A stretch of 64,000 bases of DNA from assembly GCA_950097015.1 (NCBI GenBank), contig CATNEN010000039.1, positions 14,756,001-14,820,000 of the forward strand, read 5' to 3'. Below, one piece after another: positions 1 to 14,195 of the stretch (positions are counted from its first letter, which is position 1; every line of letters starts with the position of its first letter). The position numbers and the translations under genes are program-made. The notes beneath the pieces were generated by a model. The model was given only the letters and a program-made list of their open reading frames with translations. It ran no database searches and was not told where the DNA came from. Source of the DNA: Macrostomum hystrix. Lineage: Eukaryota > Animalia > Platyhelminthes.

Positions 1-71
1 AATAGGTGGAAACCTCTTGACTTTACGATATTGAAATTCAGCTGACTGCATTTGTCATACACGTAGACAAA

Positions 72-1876
72 ATGAAGATTTTGGAGATAAAATCCTGCGG
101 AAGGCTGAGCATTCCAGTGCTGGGTAAGGTTTTCCTTCGGAATGAGGTGAGCTACGAGCTACATGTCTATATACTTAGATATATAGTCTCATAATTACGT
201 CGACATCTTGCTGCTCATACTCGCATATGAACCTGCAGATATTACATATTCTCCACCTCGCTAAATCAATACTAGAACAAATAACTTACTTGTAGTAGTG
301 ACTGAACTTATTCTTGAACAGATTCGAGATTACACAAGCCGACGAGGCAACGGACAGCTATTTAGCATTCTTCTGGCGGACGAATCGGCCGAAATCAAGG
401 TCTGCTTCTTTGGCCGCGAGCTGGCCGAGCGCTGGAACTTGTGCGCCGTGGGCAGGGCGATACAGGTGTCAGGTGGAGAGGCAAAAGTAGCGGACACTCG
501 CTTTAACGTAGCCAACAACATTTTCGAAATAATATTGAATATTGACAACGGCGGCCTCGTTGAACGAGCTGATAACATTATCTGCAGCCCTCAATTCAAG
601 TTTCGGCTCATATCCGAGCTGCCGACCGTCGGGTCCAGCGGGTAAGATTCACGTTGTAACGACATTGTACTTTTCAACTGACTAAAGTATTAGAGCGATT
701 TTTGGCAAGGAGCTCTTAAGTAGAAGGACGTTATATTCAAGCATGGGAAACTATTCAAATCCGATTTTTAGAAAGATGCATATTGAATATTTATATATTT
801 ACACTTTCGAGGCTGATTTTCCTCGATTCGATTATGATCGACGTAAGGAAGCATTAAATATTCAAATATAGTGAATTTTTCATGTACACATAAAATCGAA
901 GTTCAATCTAGAAACGTTTCCAGACGCAAAAAGCATATTTCTCAAATTTACAGTTTCTTATCCTTAAGTTTGAACTACACTACTAATAATAGCACAATAA
1001 GGGTTAAATAAAAAATGACGGAAATGCATAGCAAATACGGGGACACTGCAATGGGGGGTTCATTGGAAGTCAGAGTTTGAGGCAATGGCCTAATTGACAC
1101 TCGCGGCTATTGCCTCAAACTCTGACTTCCTATGAGCATCATTGCTTAAAATTTCCATCAATTCTATGCAATGGCCGGCCATTGCCATTGCCATTGCCAA
1201 GAAGTGAAATTTTAGGCAATGTCTGTTTGACACAAGAAGAACTGGACCTGTATGTATTTACAAGATAAATATAGTACTTTCTCAATTTCCTGCCAGAGCT
1301 ATCGTCGACGTTCTTGGCGTCGTAATTTCAAAAGATGGTCCAACGGAAGTGCCAACAAGGAAGGGCCCTTGCGCAAAGAGCACAATTGTATTGGCAGATG
1401 CAACAAACACGGCTGTCACCTGCACGTTCTGGGGACAAAGCGCGGCCCAGGTAGCGTCATGGTCAGCGAATGACGTTTTAGCAATTAAAGGCGCGCGGAC
1501 AAGCGATTATGGATCGATGTCCCTCAATTGCAGCTCCGCTCTGTGCATGATGGAGCCTGACATCCACCAGAATGTCGAAGTCGACCGTCTGCGGACCTGG
1601 ATCACTCAGCGCGATGACAGACTCACGCCTGCTGCCATTGAATTTGTTGCTGCCGCTGCCATCCGCGAGAAAGCAGATGAAATTTTTTTAGAAATACCAT
1701 CTGCGGTGAAGCGGGTGCGCATTCGCCGCGGAAGTTTGGAGGTAAGATAAATTTAAATGTCGATTTATCTGCGGGACTGGATTTGTGCGACTGTTTTTCT
1801 TACTCGCTTATTATCCAAATTACAATTTCAGAAATCTGTGTCTTTCGAGGAGGCGGGTCTGAGCTCCTCCCAGTGA
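72..1876 (+). CDS. RPA70/RPA1-like ssDNA-binding protein with only OB folds DBD-A and DBD-B; exons 72-146, 322-641, 1297-1741, 1832-1876 (~294 aa)
   Basis: Spliced translation MKILEIKSCGRLSIPVLGKVFLRNE|IRDYTSRRGNGQLFSILLADESAEIKVCFFG...AIVDVLGVV...TIVLADATNTAVTCTFWG...VLAIKGARTSDYGSMSL...EPDI...RLRTW follows RPA1 DBD-A/B ([25 protein letters not shown]...VTATLWG...VLAIKGARVSDFG). GT-AG introns join in phase. First and last exons are less certain. Confidence 0.85.
1061..1134. repeat. Intronic inverted repeat (~30-bp arms), probable MITE remnant
   Basis: cattggaagtcagagtttgaggcaatggcc ... ggctattgcctcaaactctgacttcctatg. Confidence 0.7.
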
Positions 1877-2522
1877 GTAATTTAAATTATGGCTTTGGCC
1901 AATCGGCTCATTAGTGGTTTGATTGATGAATCAATGCATATGGAAACTACAAATTGATAATCATATGATTGAAATTTGCTCTTAAAAGTTTACATACTTA
2001 TAGTTTTCTTAGGCATGTGCTGACCACTGATTTGATTGAGCTACATAAATATATATCTGAAATATAACTTCATGAATATAATGAGTTATTTATAAAAAAT
2101 ATATAAGCAAACTGTGTATATGGGTACTACAGGAAGTGAACACAGGTAGTCTTTGCAATCTTAAGCTCATGAAAAACCGAAAACTTATCCTTGCAGGCAA
2201 AGCGAAGCATCATTTGCGTCGTCAGGCTACTAAGAGGAATTTTGAAAATTCCAAATGAGAAATGCAGCATCGCAGCAAAAGGAGAAATCACATTAAGGCC
2301 CGATGAATGAAGCACAATGAAGAAAAATTGAAAATGGACTAGAATTCTTTTGTGCATTAACATTTAAAGCTTTTTTCTATGAAAAGAGAAGTTAAATTTT
2401 GTTCCACAAGCTAACATCTTAAAATATACCTTGCAGACTATAGAACAGATTTACAAAAAGTCTATTGGATGAAAGGCTGTTTGTGCTAGATTGTTTTTAA
2501 TTATTTTAAAAGTAACTATATT

Positions 2523-2784
2523 CTCAGCAACAGTCAAAAGTGACACCTCTAGCAAGAGAACACTTTTCTCTCTCCTCTCACTTGTCTGCAAGTGATGCAA
2601 CTTGCACCATGGCATAAGCTAAGGTTGAAGGAAAATGGGTAAATTGCAAGCATTGGTGTGGAAATAAACATTTTTTAGAATTGAAATCCCCAATGCATGA
2701 AGTAAGTTATATCACTCTTGACTGAAGTGATATAGAGAAAATTTTTCTCCTTCATTAGATGTGTCACTTTTGACTGTTGCTAAG
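2523..2784. mobile_element. MITE (~260 bp) in a TA-rich site, Tc1/mariner-type
   Basis: TIRs ctcagcaacagtcaaaagtgacac / gtgtcacttttgactgttgctaag; TATA-rich flanks. Confidence 0.7.
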
Positions 2785-3687
2785 TATATACCTGCACTTA
2801 TTTAACAACTTAACACAGTAAACATACTTATTACTGTTTTCTTGCTAATAAGAAAAAACAGACATTAAAACTTGAAGACCGACATTGTTATACATTTTTT
2901 TAGTCCTGTACAAATCATGTACAAATGGGTATGAAAAATATTACATTCAATATAGCAGAATAAAGCTTGGAAACTTGCCTTTTAAACATTGGGAAGTCTG
3001 GATTACTAGCTAAATAGACATAAAAAGAGTTAGGCCTAATCATCTATGACTCCAGCCATGTAGGAATATTATATCAATTTCAATATAATACAATACCTAT
3101 AATAAGCTATGTAACACTGTATGATAAAAATATGCAACACAATGCTTGGTTTATGAAATAATTTTCAGCTGGGCCTAATTCATATTATATAAATGATCTA
3201 AACATGGTAGCTGATATAGGCTATAGATCTTATATAGTATTTTTAGCTTCTATATAATTATAATAAAGGGAAATAAACTTGATATGTAAACAAGAACAGC
3301 ATTTTTAATGCTAGCAATGCATATCAAGAATGAAATTAATAGGCCTACAAAGTACAAACTAGGATAAACTGATTCACTTAATAAAAAATATATAAATCAA
3401 CCCTAAAGTAAAAAAGCTTTATTTCACAAAAGTTCATTGAACTTTTCATAATCAAAATAATGCTTACAACAATACAACTAGAACAAACAAAATTGCAACA
3501 AATTGGGTACTATTGATGATTTTGCAAAGGCTTTACCAATGAAAGAACAATATTGCTATGACTTGGCAAATGTACTAGCCAGTCAGCCATAAAGTGGCCT
3601 TATAAGCAATTCTTGCTAATCATTGTTTGGCTATTGCACTTTAGATTTTGCTGTTCAAGTATTGGAGTTAGGGATGAGTCTATAACA

Positions 3688-3802
3688 TTTGATTGCCACA
3701 ATTTGACTTCCACAATTTGACTGCAGTAAATTTGACTGCTAACAATTTGACTGCCATCAATTTGACTGCAAGCAACATTTGACTGCCAGCAACTTTTGAC
3801 AC
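3688..3802 (+). repeat. Short degenerate tandem repeat (aatttgactgc core, ~14-16 bp)
   Basis: About 7 copies visible. Confidence 0.7.
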
Positions 3803-4287
3803 CAAATTAATAAATATCAAGTCTTCTGCCAATGCTAGACCAAGTCAAAAACAATTTCCAAGTCAATTGCCATCGGCAATAATACAGCCCAATACTCAAT
3901 AGATGACCGTGAATGAAAAATTAGTGTTCCTAGAAAACAACCAACATAAAAAATCACGAAAGTGTATATCAACACATACAATAAAATAAAGTAGCCATCT
4001 GCATAAAAAATGTAAATCTAAGCTTACATACAATTGGGGAATATCAGACGTCAGCACCAGCAACAAATGCTATACACTATATATTTTCTTATAACCTAGA
4101 ATTTCGTTTATAACGCAGAATTCATCCGGATTTTAGCTGAACTGATGAAGGCGGGCTATCCAGAAAATAGACCTTGATGATCTGCTTGATATTGATCCGA
4201 GGGATCTGCTAACATGCTGTTAACAGCTGCAATTATTGCTTCATCTGCTATTTCATCTGGAATTGGAATATTGTCTTCTTAATTAAC

Positions 4288-4315
4288 GACCCGCGAAGCG
4301 GGTCTCAATGGCTAG
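4288..4315 (+). mobile_element. Helitron 3' terminus (hairpin + CTAG)
   Basis: gacccgc-gaa-gcgggtc hairpin, then CTAG at 4312-4315, abutting the next element's 5' TC. Confidence 0.75.
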
Positions 4316-4912
4316 TCTACTATACTAAAAATGAAATGCTTGCTTGGTTGGTTGTAATTGATTTTCTTCCAAACGGCTCAACCGATTTTCACCATTTCTT
4401 CACCAAAAGATGCTAAATATGGGGACAATTATACACGTATTTTTATTAAGCTTAACTTTATTGCTAAGGGGATTAAATATTCGAAAAACATGATTTTTCA
4501 AAGGTCAAACCATCTTGGCCTATTGAGAATTTTACTCACTGCCACTGAATTAGAATTGCATCGTCAAATTGCGCAACAACCCCTAGCTGATTGAATTTGA
4601 AGCCTGCACTCTGGAGAGAAATTGGAAATAAATGTACACAACCAACCGCAAGACTGAGTGTACTCTATTTTCTTACTTCATTGTACAAAGCCAGAACTTT
4701 GAGAATTCATTTTATAAGGCTGATTTTTGCACCCCCTAACCAACAGTCGGAATAGCCGATGTGTAGGCATTAGGAATAGGTTAGGCTAGGCTAGGGTTCG
4801 ATTCTGCACTGCATCAAATCATTTAGACTAATTTTCAGCCAGTAGTGATTGAAGACTATTTTATATTATTTTTTTCATTTCGTAAATAAAATATCATAAA
4901 TCATAGCACACC

Positions 4913-7900
4913 GGCTAAAACAGAGTTTGAATCATGGCTAAACCAGAGTCTGAATCATGGCTAAACCAGAGTCTGAATCATGGCTAAACCAGAGTCTGAA
5001 TCATGGCTAAACCAGAGTCTGAATCATGGCTAAACCAGAGTCTGAATCATGGCTAAACCAGAGTCTGAATCATGGCTAAACCAGAGTCTGAATCATGGCT
5101 AAACCAGAGTCTGAATCATGGCTAAACCAGAGTCTGAATCATGGCTAAACCAGAGTCTGAATCATGGCTAAACCAGAGTCTGAATCATGGCTAAACCAGA
5201 GTCTGAATCATGGCTAAACCAGAGTCTGAATCATGGCTAAACCAGAGTCTGAATCATGGCTACACCAGAGTCTGAATCATGGCTAAACCAGAGTTTGAAT
5301 CATAGCTAAACCAGAGTCTGAATCATGTCTACACCAGAGTCTGAATCATGGCTAAACCAGAGTCTGAATCATGGCTAAACCAGAGTCTGAATCATGGCTA
5401 AACCAGAGTCTGAATCATGGCTAAACCAGAGTCTGAATCATGGCTACACCAGAGTCTGAATCATGGCTAAACCAGAGTTTGAATCATAGCTAAACCAGAG
5501 TCTGAATCATGTCTACACCAGAGTCTGAATCATGGCTAAACCAGAGTCTGAATCATGGCTAAACCAGAGTCTGAATCATGGCTAAACCAGAGTCTGAATC
5601 AAGGCTAAACCAGAGTCTGGATCATGGCTAAACCAGAGTCTGAATCATGGCTACACCAGAGTCTGACTCAAGGCTAAACCAGAGTCTGAATCATGGCTAA
5701 ACCAGAGTCTGAATCATGGCTAAACCAGAGTCTGAATCATAGCTAAACCAGAGTCTGAATCATGGCTACACCAGAGTCTGAATCATGGCTAAACCAGAGT
5801 TTGAATCATGGCTAAACCAGAGTCTGAATCATGGCTAAACCAGAGTCTGAATCATGGCTAAACCAGAGTTTGAATCATAGCTAAACCAGAGTCTAAATCA
5901 TGGCTACACCAGAGTCTGAATCATGGCTAAACCAGAGTCTGAATCATGGCAAAACCAGAGTCTGAATCATGGCTAAACCAGAGTCTGAATCATGGCTAAA
6001 CCAGAGTCTGAATCATGGCTAAACCAGAGTCTGAATCATGGCTAAACCAGAGTCTGAATCATGGCTACACCAGAGTCTGAATCATGGCTAAACCAGAGTT
6101 TGAATCATAGCTAAACCAGAGTCTGAATCATGTCTACACCAGAGTCTGAATCATGGCTAAACCAGAGTCTGAATCATGGCTAAACCAGAGTCTGAATCAT
6201 GGCTAAACCAGCGTCTGAATCATGGCTAAACCAGAGTCTAAATCATGGCTAAACCAGAGTCTGAATCATGGCTAAACCAGAGTCTGAATCATGGCTAAAC
6301 CAGAGTCTGAATCATGGCTAAACCAGAGTCTGAATCATGGCTAAACCAGAGTCTGAATCATGGCTAAACCAGAGTTTGAATCATAGCTAAACCAGAGTCT
6401 GAATCATGTCTACACCAGAGTCTGAATCATGGCTAAACCAGAGTCTGAATCATGGCTAAACCAGAGTCTGAATCAAGGCTAAACCAGAGTCTGGATCATG
6501 GCTAAACCAGAGTCTGAATCATGGCTACACCAGAGTCTGACTCAAGGCTAAACCAGAGTCTGAATCATGGCTAAACCAGAGTCTGAATCATGGCTAAACC
6601 AGAGTCTGAATCATAGCTAAACCAGAGTCTGAATCATGGCTACACCAGAGTCTGAATCATGGCTAAACCAGAGTTTGAATCATGGCTAAACCAGAGTCTG
6701 AATCATGGCTAAACCAGAGTCTGAATCATGGCTAAACCAGAGTTTGAATCATAGCTAAACCAGAGTCTGAATCATGGCTACACCAGAGTCTGAATCATGG
6801 CTAAACCAGAGTCTGAATCATGGCTAAACCAGAGTCTGAATCATGGCTAAACCAGAGTCTGAATCATGGCTAAACCAGAGTCTGAATCATGGCTAAACCA
6901 GAGTCTGAATCATGGCTAAACCAGAGTCTGAATCATGGCTACACCAGAGTCTGAATCATGGCTAAACCAGAGTTTGAATCATAGCTAAACCAGAGTCTGA
7001 ATCATGTCTACACCAGAGTCTGAATCATGGCTAAACCAGAGTCTGAATCATGGCTAAACCAGAGTCTGAATCATGGCTAAACCAGAGTCTGAATCATGGC
7101 TAAACCAGAGTCTGAATCATGGCTACACCAGAGTCTAAATCATGGCTAAACCAGAGTCTGAATCAAGGCTAAACCAGAGTCTGGATCATGGCTAAACCAG
7201 AGTCTGAATCATGGCTAAACCAGAGTCTGAATCATGGCTAAACCAGAGTCTGAATCATGGCTAAACCAGAGTCTGAATCATGGCTAAACCAGAGTCTGAA
7301 TCATGGCTACACCAGAGTTTGAATCATGGCTAAACCAGAGTTTGAATCATGGCTAAACCAGAGTCTGAATCATGGCTACACCAGAGTCTGAATCATGGCT
7401 AAACCAGAGTCTGAATCATGGCTAAACCAGAGTCTGAATCATGGCTAAACCAGAGTCTGAATCATGGCTAAACCAGAGTCTGAATCATGGCTACACCAGA
7501 GTCTAAATCATGGCTAAACCAGAGTCTGAATCAAGGCTAAACCAGAGTCTGGATCATGGCTAAACCAGAGTCTGAATCATGGCTAAACCAGAGTCTGAAT
7601 CATGGCTAAACCAGAGTCTGAATCATGGCTAAACCAGAGTCTGAATCATGGCTAAACCAGAGTCTGAATCATGGCTAAACAAGAGTTTGAATCATGGCTA
7701 AACCAGAGTCTGAATCATGGCTAAACCAGAGTCTGAATCATGGCTAAACCAGAGTCTGAATCATGTCTACACCAGAGTCTGAATCATGGCTAAACCAGAG
7801 TCTGAATCATGGCTAAACCAGAGTCTGAATCATGGCTAAACCAGAGTCTGAATCATGGCTAAACCAGAGTCTGAATCATGGCTACACCAGAGTCTAAATC

Positions 7901-8557
7901 ATGGCTAAACCAGAGTCTGAATCATGGCTAAACCAGAGTCTGGATCATGGCTAAACCAGAGTCTGAATCATGGCTAAACCAGAGTCTGAATCATGGCTAA
8001 ACCAGAGTCTGAATCATGGCTAAACCAGAGTCTGAATCATGGCTAAACCAGAGTCTGAATCATGGCTAAACCAGAGTCTGAATCATGGCTAAACCAGAGT
8101 CTGAATCATGGCTAAACCAGAGTCTGAATCATGGCTAAACCAGAGTCTGAATCATGGCTAAACCAGAGTCTGAATCATGGCTACACCAGAGTCTGAATCA
8201 TGGCTACACCAGAGTCTGAATCATGGCTAAACCAGAGTCTGAATCAAGGCTAAACCAGAGTCTGGATCATGGCTAAACCAGAGTCTGAATCATGGCTAAA
8301 CCAGAGTCTGGATCATGGCTAAACCAGAGTCTGAATCATGGCTAAACCAGAGTTTAAATCATAGCTAAACCAGCGTCTGAATCATGGCTAAACCAGAGTT
8401 TGAATCATAGCTAAACCAGCGTCTGAATCATGGCTAAACTAGATTCTGAATCATGGCTAAACCAGAGTTTGAATCATGGCTAAACCAGAGTTTGAATCAT
8501 GGCAAAACCAGAGTTTGAATCATGGCTAACCCAGCGTTTGAATCATTGCTAAACCAG
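4913..8557 (+). repeat. 23-bp satellite (gaatcatggctaaaccagagtct)n, roughly 158 copies
   Basis: Direct tandem periodicity of 23. Confidence 0.97.
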
Positions 8558-10821
8558 AACTGGTGGATAATCGTCAACTGGGGGATCATGGTAAACTGGG
8601 GGATCATTGTCAACTGGAGGATCATTGGCAACTGGGGATAATTGTCAACTGGGGGATAATTGTCACGGGGAAACATCACCAAATGCGGGATCATAATCAA
8701 CTAGGGGATCATTGTCAACTAGGGGATCATGTTCAACTGGGGGAACATTGTCAACTGGGATCACCATCAATGGGGGATCATAGTCAACTGAGAGATAATT
8801 GTCGACTGGGGGATAATCGTCAACTGGGGGATCATGGTCAACTGGAGGATCATTGTCAACGGGGGGATAGTTGTCAACTGGGGGATAATTGTCAACTGGG
8901 GAGTCATCATCAAATGCGGGATCATGGTTAACTGGGGGATAATTGTCAACTGGGGGATCATTGTCAACTGGGAGATCATTGTCAATGTCAACTGGGGGTT
9001 CATTGTCAACTGGGGGATCATTGTCAACTGGGGGATCATTGTGAACTGAGAGATCATTGTCAAGTGGGGGGTAATGGTCAACTGGGGGATAATTGTCAAC
9101 TGGGGAATCATCATCAACTGGGGATCATCATCAACTGGGGGATCATTGAGAACTGGGGGATCTTTGTCAACTGGGGGATCATTGTATACTGTGGGATCAT
9201 TGTCAACTGGGGGATCATTGTCAACTGGGGGATCATTGTCAACTGGGGGATCGTTGTCAACTGGGGGTTCATTGTCAACTGGGGGATCATTGTCAACTGG
9301 GGGATCATTGTCAACTGGGGGATCATCATCAACTGGGGGATCATTGTCAACTGGGGGTTCATTGTCAACTGTGGGATCATTGTCAACCGGCGGGATCATT
9401 GTCAACTGGGGGATCATTGTCAACTGGGGGATCATTGTCAACTGGGGGATCATCATCAACTGGGGGATCATTGTCAACTGGGGGAACATTGTCAACTGGG
9501 GGATCATTGTCAACTGGGGGATCATTTTCAACTGGGGGATCATCATCAACTGGGGGATCATCATCAACTGGGTGATCATTGTGAACTGGGGGATCATTGT
9601 CAACTGGGGGATCATTCTCAACTGGGGGATCATTGTCAACTGGGGGATCATTTTCAACTGGGGGATCATCATTAACTGGGGGATCATTGTCAACTGGGGG
9701 ATCATTGTCAACTGGGGGATCATTGTCAACTGGGTGATCATCATCAACTGGGGGATCATTGTTAACTGGGGGAACATTGTCAAATGGAGGAACATTGTTA
9801 ACTGGGGATCATCATCAATGGGGAGACTTCATCAACTGGGGGATCATTGTGAACTGGGGGATCTTTGTTAACTGGGGGATCATTGTCAACTGGGGGATCA
9901 TTGTCAAATGGGGGATCATTGTCAACTGGGGGATCATTTTCAACTGGGGGATCATCATCAACTGGGGGATCATCATCAACTGGGTGATCATTGTGAACTG
10001 GGGGATCTTTGTCAACTGGGGGATCATTGTCAACTGTGGGATCATTGTCAACTGGGGGATCATTGTCAAATGGGGGATCATTGTCAACTGTGGGATCGTT
10101 GTCAACTGGGGGTTCATTGTCAACTGGGGGTTCATTGTCAACTGGGGGATCATCATCAACTGGGGGATCATTGTCAACTGGGTGATCATCATCAACTGGG
10201 GGATCATTGTCAACTGGGGGAACATTGTCAAATGGAGGAACATTGTTAACTGGGGATCATCATCAATGGGGAGACTTCATCAACTGGGGGATCATTGTGA
10301 ACTGGGGGATCTTTGTTAACTGGGGGATCATTGTCAACTGGGGGATCATTGTCAACTGGGGGATCATTGTCAACTGGGGGATCATTTTCAACTGGGGGAT
10401 CATCATCAACTGGGGGATCATCATCAACTGGGTGATCATTGTGAACTGGGGGATCTTTGTCAACTGGGGGATCATTGTCAACTGTGGGATCATTGTCAAC
10501 TGGGGGATCATTGTCAAATGGGGGATCATTGTCAACTGTGGGATCGTTGTCAACTGGGGGTTCATTGTCAACTGGGGGTTTCATTGTCAACTGGGGGATC
10601 ATCATCAACTGGGGGATCATCATCAACTGGGTGATCATTGTTAACTGGGGGATCTTTGTCAACTGGGGGATCATTGTTAACTGTGGGATCATTGTCAACT
10701 GGGGGATCATTGTCAAATGGGGGATCATTGTCAACTGTGGGATCGTTGTCAACTGGGGGTTCATTGTCAACTGGGGGATCATTGTCAACTGGGGGATCAT
10801 TGTCAACTGGGGGTTCATTGT
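8558..10821 (+). repeat. 18-bp satellite (tcattgtcaactggggga)n
   Basis: Direct tandem periodicity; explains the repetitive ORFs in many frames. Confidence 0.97.
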
Positions 10822-10914
10822 AGCTTTAAAAAGCTGTAAATTCAGCTGCTAAAAAGTATATACTAGACGAATTAAAAGTATTTCTGCTCCCCGAAGGGGG
10901 GCAAAACTTGCTAG

Positions 10915-13900
10915 TCTAATATACTAAAAATGAAAATCTTGCTTGTTTGCAATCTATATAACTAAAGTTGACTTTGTCTGTTTGTCTGCCTGTTGGTGAA
11001 GTTCACGTTTTAGAGTGAACCACAAGACCAATCTTGACAGGACTTGCACTGTTAGTTTGCAAATTTTCCGGCAGTGATGTGGCAGATTTTGCTAACAATT
11101 CTGACAATTCTAAAGCTGTTTAATTTGCGAAAAACTGCTTTTTGCCACGGAATTTCCGTGGTCAGTTGAAGGAAAGGCTTCCTGACTGGATTTTTAATGC
11201 ATTACATCAGAGCCAGTTTTGTTAACGTGCACACCACTGCCAATTTTAATGATTGCATCAGGGCCAGTTTTGCTAAAAGTGAGTACACTGATAAGAATTT
11301 CACTGTGTCAACCCCACTGGCGAGACAGTCAGTGCGAATTTATTTATAAATAGATTGCATCACAGCTTTTCTCACCCTTGTCAAAATTTCACTGACTGCC
11401 GCTGAATTGGAATTGCATCGTCAACTTGCGCAACACCCCCAGGCTGACTGAGTTAGAAGCCTGCACGATCTGAACAGAACCTATAAGTGTACTCTATTTG
11501 TACAAAGCCAGAACTTTGAGAATTCATTTTATAAGGAGGCTAATTTTTGCATCCACAATCTAACTGTCGGAGTAGCCGATGTGTAGGCACTAGGAATAGG
11601 TTAGGCTAGGCTAGGCGAAGTGTTCCTTGGTTCGACTCTTCATGCGTCAAATATTTAAACTAATTGTCAGTCAGTGTGATAGATGCAAAGCAATTTTTTG
11701 TCATTTGAAAATAAGGGGGAAACTTTTAATTCTCTTTTGCTAAACCAGAGTTTGAATCATGGCAAAACCAGAGTTTGAATCATGGCTAAACCAGAGCTTG
11801 AATCATGGCTAACCCAGCGTTTGAATCATGGCTAAACCAGAGCTTGAATCATGGCTAACCCAGCGTTTGAATCATGGCTAAACCAGAGCTTGAATCATGG
11901 CTAAACCAGAGATTGAATCATGGCTAAACCAGAGCTTGAATCATTGCTAACCCAGCGATTGAATCATGGCTAAACCAGAGCTTGAATAATGGCTAAACCA
12001 GAGATTGAATCATGGCTAAACCAGAGCTTGAATAATGGCTAAACCAGAGATTGAATCATGGCTAAACCAGAGCTTGAATCATGGCTAAACAAGAGTTTGA
12101 ATCATGACTAAACCAGAGTTTGAATCATGGCTAAACCAGAGATTGAATCATGGCTAAACTAGAGCTTGAATCATGGCAAAACCTGAGTTTGAATCATGGC
12201 AAAACCCGAGTTTGAATCATGGCTAAACCAGAGTTTGAATCATGGCTAAACCAGAGTTTGAATCATGGCTAAACAAGAGTTTGAATCATGACTAAACCAG
12301 AGTTTGAATCATGGCTAAACCAGAGTTTGAATCATGGCTAAACCTGAGTTTGAATCATGGCTAAACCAGAGTTCGAATCATGGCTAAACCAGAGCTTGAA
12401 TAATGGCTAAACCAGAGATTGAATCATGGCTAAACCAGAGTTTGAATCATGGCTAAACCAGAGATTGAATCATGGCTAAACCAGAGCTTGAATAATGGCT
12501 AAACCAGAGATTGAATCATGGCTAAACCAGAGCTTGAATCATGGCAAAACCTGAGTTTGAATCATGGCAAAACCCGAGTTTGAATCATGGCTAAACCAGA
12601 GTTTGAATCATGGCTAAACCAGAGTTTGAATCATAGCCAACCAGAGTTTAAATCATGGCTAAACCAGAGCTTGAATCATGGCTAAACAAGAGTTTGAATC
12701 ATGACTAAACCAGAGTTTGAATCATGGCTAAACCAGAGTTTGAATCATGGCTAAACCAGAGTTTGAATCATGGCTAAACCAGAGTTTGAATCATGGCTAA
12801 ACCAGAGTTTGAATCATGGCTAAACAAGAGTTTGAATCATGGCTAAACCAGAGTTTGAATCATGGCAAAACCCGAGTTTGAATCATGGCTAAACCAGAGT
12901 TTGAATCATGGCTAAACAAGAGTTTGAATCATGACTAAACCAGAGTTTGAATCATGGCTAAACCAGAGTTTGAATCATGGCTAAACCAGAGTTTGAATCA
13001 TGGCTAAACCAGAGTTTGAATCATGGCTAAACAAGAGTTTGAATCATGACTAAACCAGAGTTTGAATCATGGCTAAACCAGAGTTTGAATCATGGCTAAA
13101 CCAGAGTTTGAATCATGGCTAAACCAGAGTTTGAATCATGGCTAAACCAGAGTTTGAATCATGGCTAAACCAGAGTTTGAATCATGGCTAAACCAGAGCT
13201 TGAATCATGGCTAAACAAGAGTTTTAATCATGACTAAACCAGAGTTTGAATCATGGCTAAACCAGAGTTTGAATCATGGCTAAACCAGAGTTTGAATCAT
13301 GGCTAAACCAGAGCTTGAATCATGGCTAAACAAGAGTTTGAATCATGACTAAACCAGAGTTTGAATCATGGCTAAACCAGAGTTTGAATCATGGCTAAAC
13401 CAGAGTTTGAATCATGGCTAAACCAGAGCTTGAATCATGGCTAAACAAGAGTTTGAATCATGACTAAACCAGAGTTTGAATCATGGCTAAACCAGAGTTT
13501 GAATCAAGACTAAACCAGAGTTTGAATCATGGCTAAACCAGAGTTTGAATCATGGCTAAACCAGAGTTTGAATCATGGCTAAACCAGAGTTTGAATCATG
13601 GCTAAACCAGAGCTTGAATCATGGCTAAACCAGAGTTTGAATCATGGCTAAACCAGAGTTTGAATCATGGCTAAACCAGAGTTTGAATCAAGACTAAACC
13701 AGAGTTTGAATCATGGCTAAACCAGAGTTTGAATCATGGCTAAACCAGAGTTTGAATCATGGCAAAACCCGAGTTTGAATCATGGCTAAACCTGAGTTTG
13801 AATCATGGCTAAACAAGAGTTTGAATCATGGCTAAACAAGAGTTTGAATCATGGCTAAACCAGAGTTTGAATCATGGCTAAACCAGAGTTTGAATCATGG

Positions 13901-14195
13901 CTAAACAAGAGTTTGAATCATGACTAAACCAGAGTTTGAATCATGGCTAAACCAGAGTTTGAATCATGGCTAAACCAGAGTTTGAATCATGGCTAACCCA
14001 GCGTTTGTGTAACTTGTGTAATTCTGCCCCAATGGGGCTCTTGGTGTAGAGACACTTTCTTGGTGTCAGAAAGTATGCGAGCTCATTTTTTTCGAGATCG
14101 TTTTTGTTAACTTTCATGCGGGTTTTGTCTTTATGCATTGCACAATATTTTTTGTCTGAACAGTAGTGCCCCCATGGGGGGGCTTAGCGTGCTAG
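10915..14195 (+). mobile_element. Second non-autonomous Helitron (related subfamily) with 23-bp satellite
   Basis: 5' TCTAATATACTAAAA, second TCTATATAACTAAAG at 10953; 11390-11680 homologous to 4535-4845; 3' hairpin gccccc...gggggc plus CTAG at 14192-14195, followed by T. Confidence 0.75.
11738..14006 (+). repeat. 23-bp satellite, variant (gaatcatggctaaaccagagttt)n, roughly 98 copies
   Basis: Same family as 4913-8557, dominated by gttt/gctt variants. Confidence 0.97.

Larger units (their letters stand above)
4316..10914 (+). mobile_element. Non-autonomous Helitron with internal 23-bp and 18-bp satellites
   Basis: 5' TCTACTATACTAAAA followed by (gctt/ggtt)n; 3' hairpin tgctcccc-gaa-ggggggca plus CTAG at 10911-10914; no TSD; 5' ~600 bp homologous to the copy at 39838. 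Confidence 0.8.

Noticed and set aside
8497-10852. Many repetitive ORFs (QLGDHC, PQLTMI, NWGIIV; superficially hexapeptide-repeat-like)
   Set aside because: By-products of an 18-bp satellite inside a Helitron, with frameshifting indels and open frames on both strands
4913-14006. CRISPR-like array
   Set aside because: Units are contiguous with no unique spacers, there are no cas genes, and the context is eukaryotic
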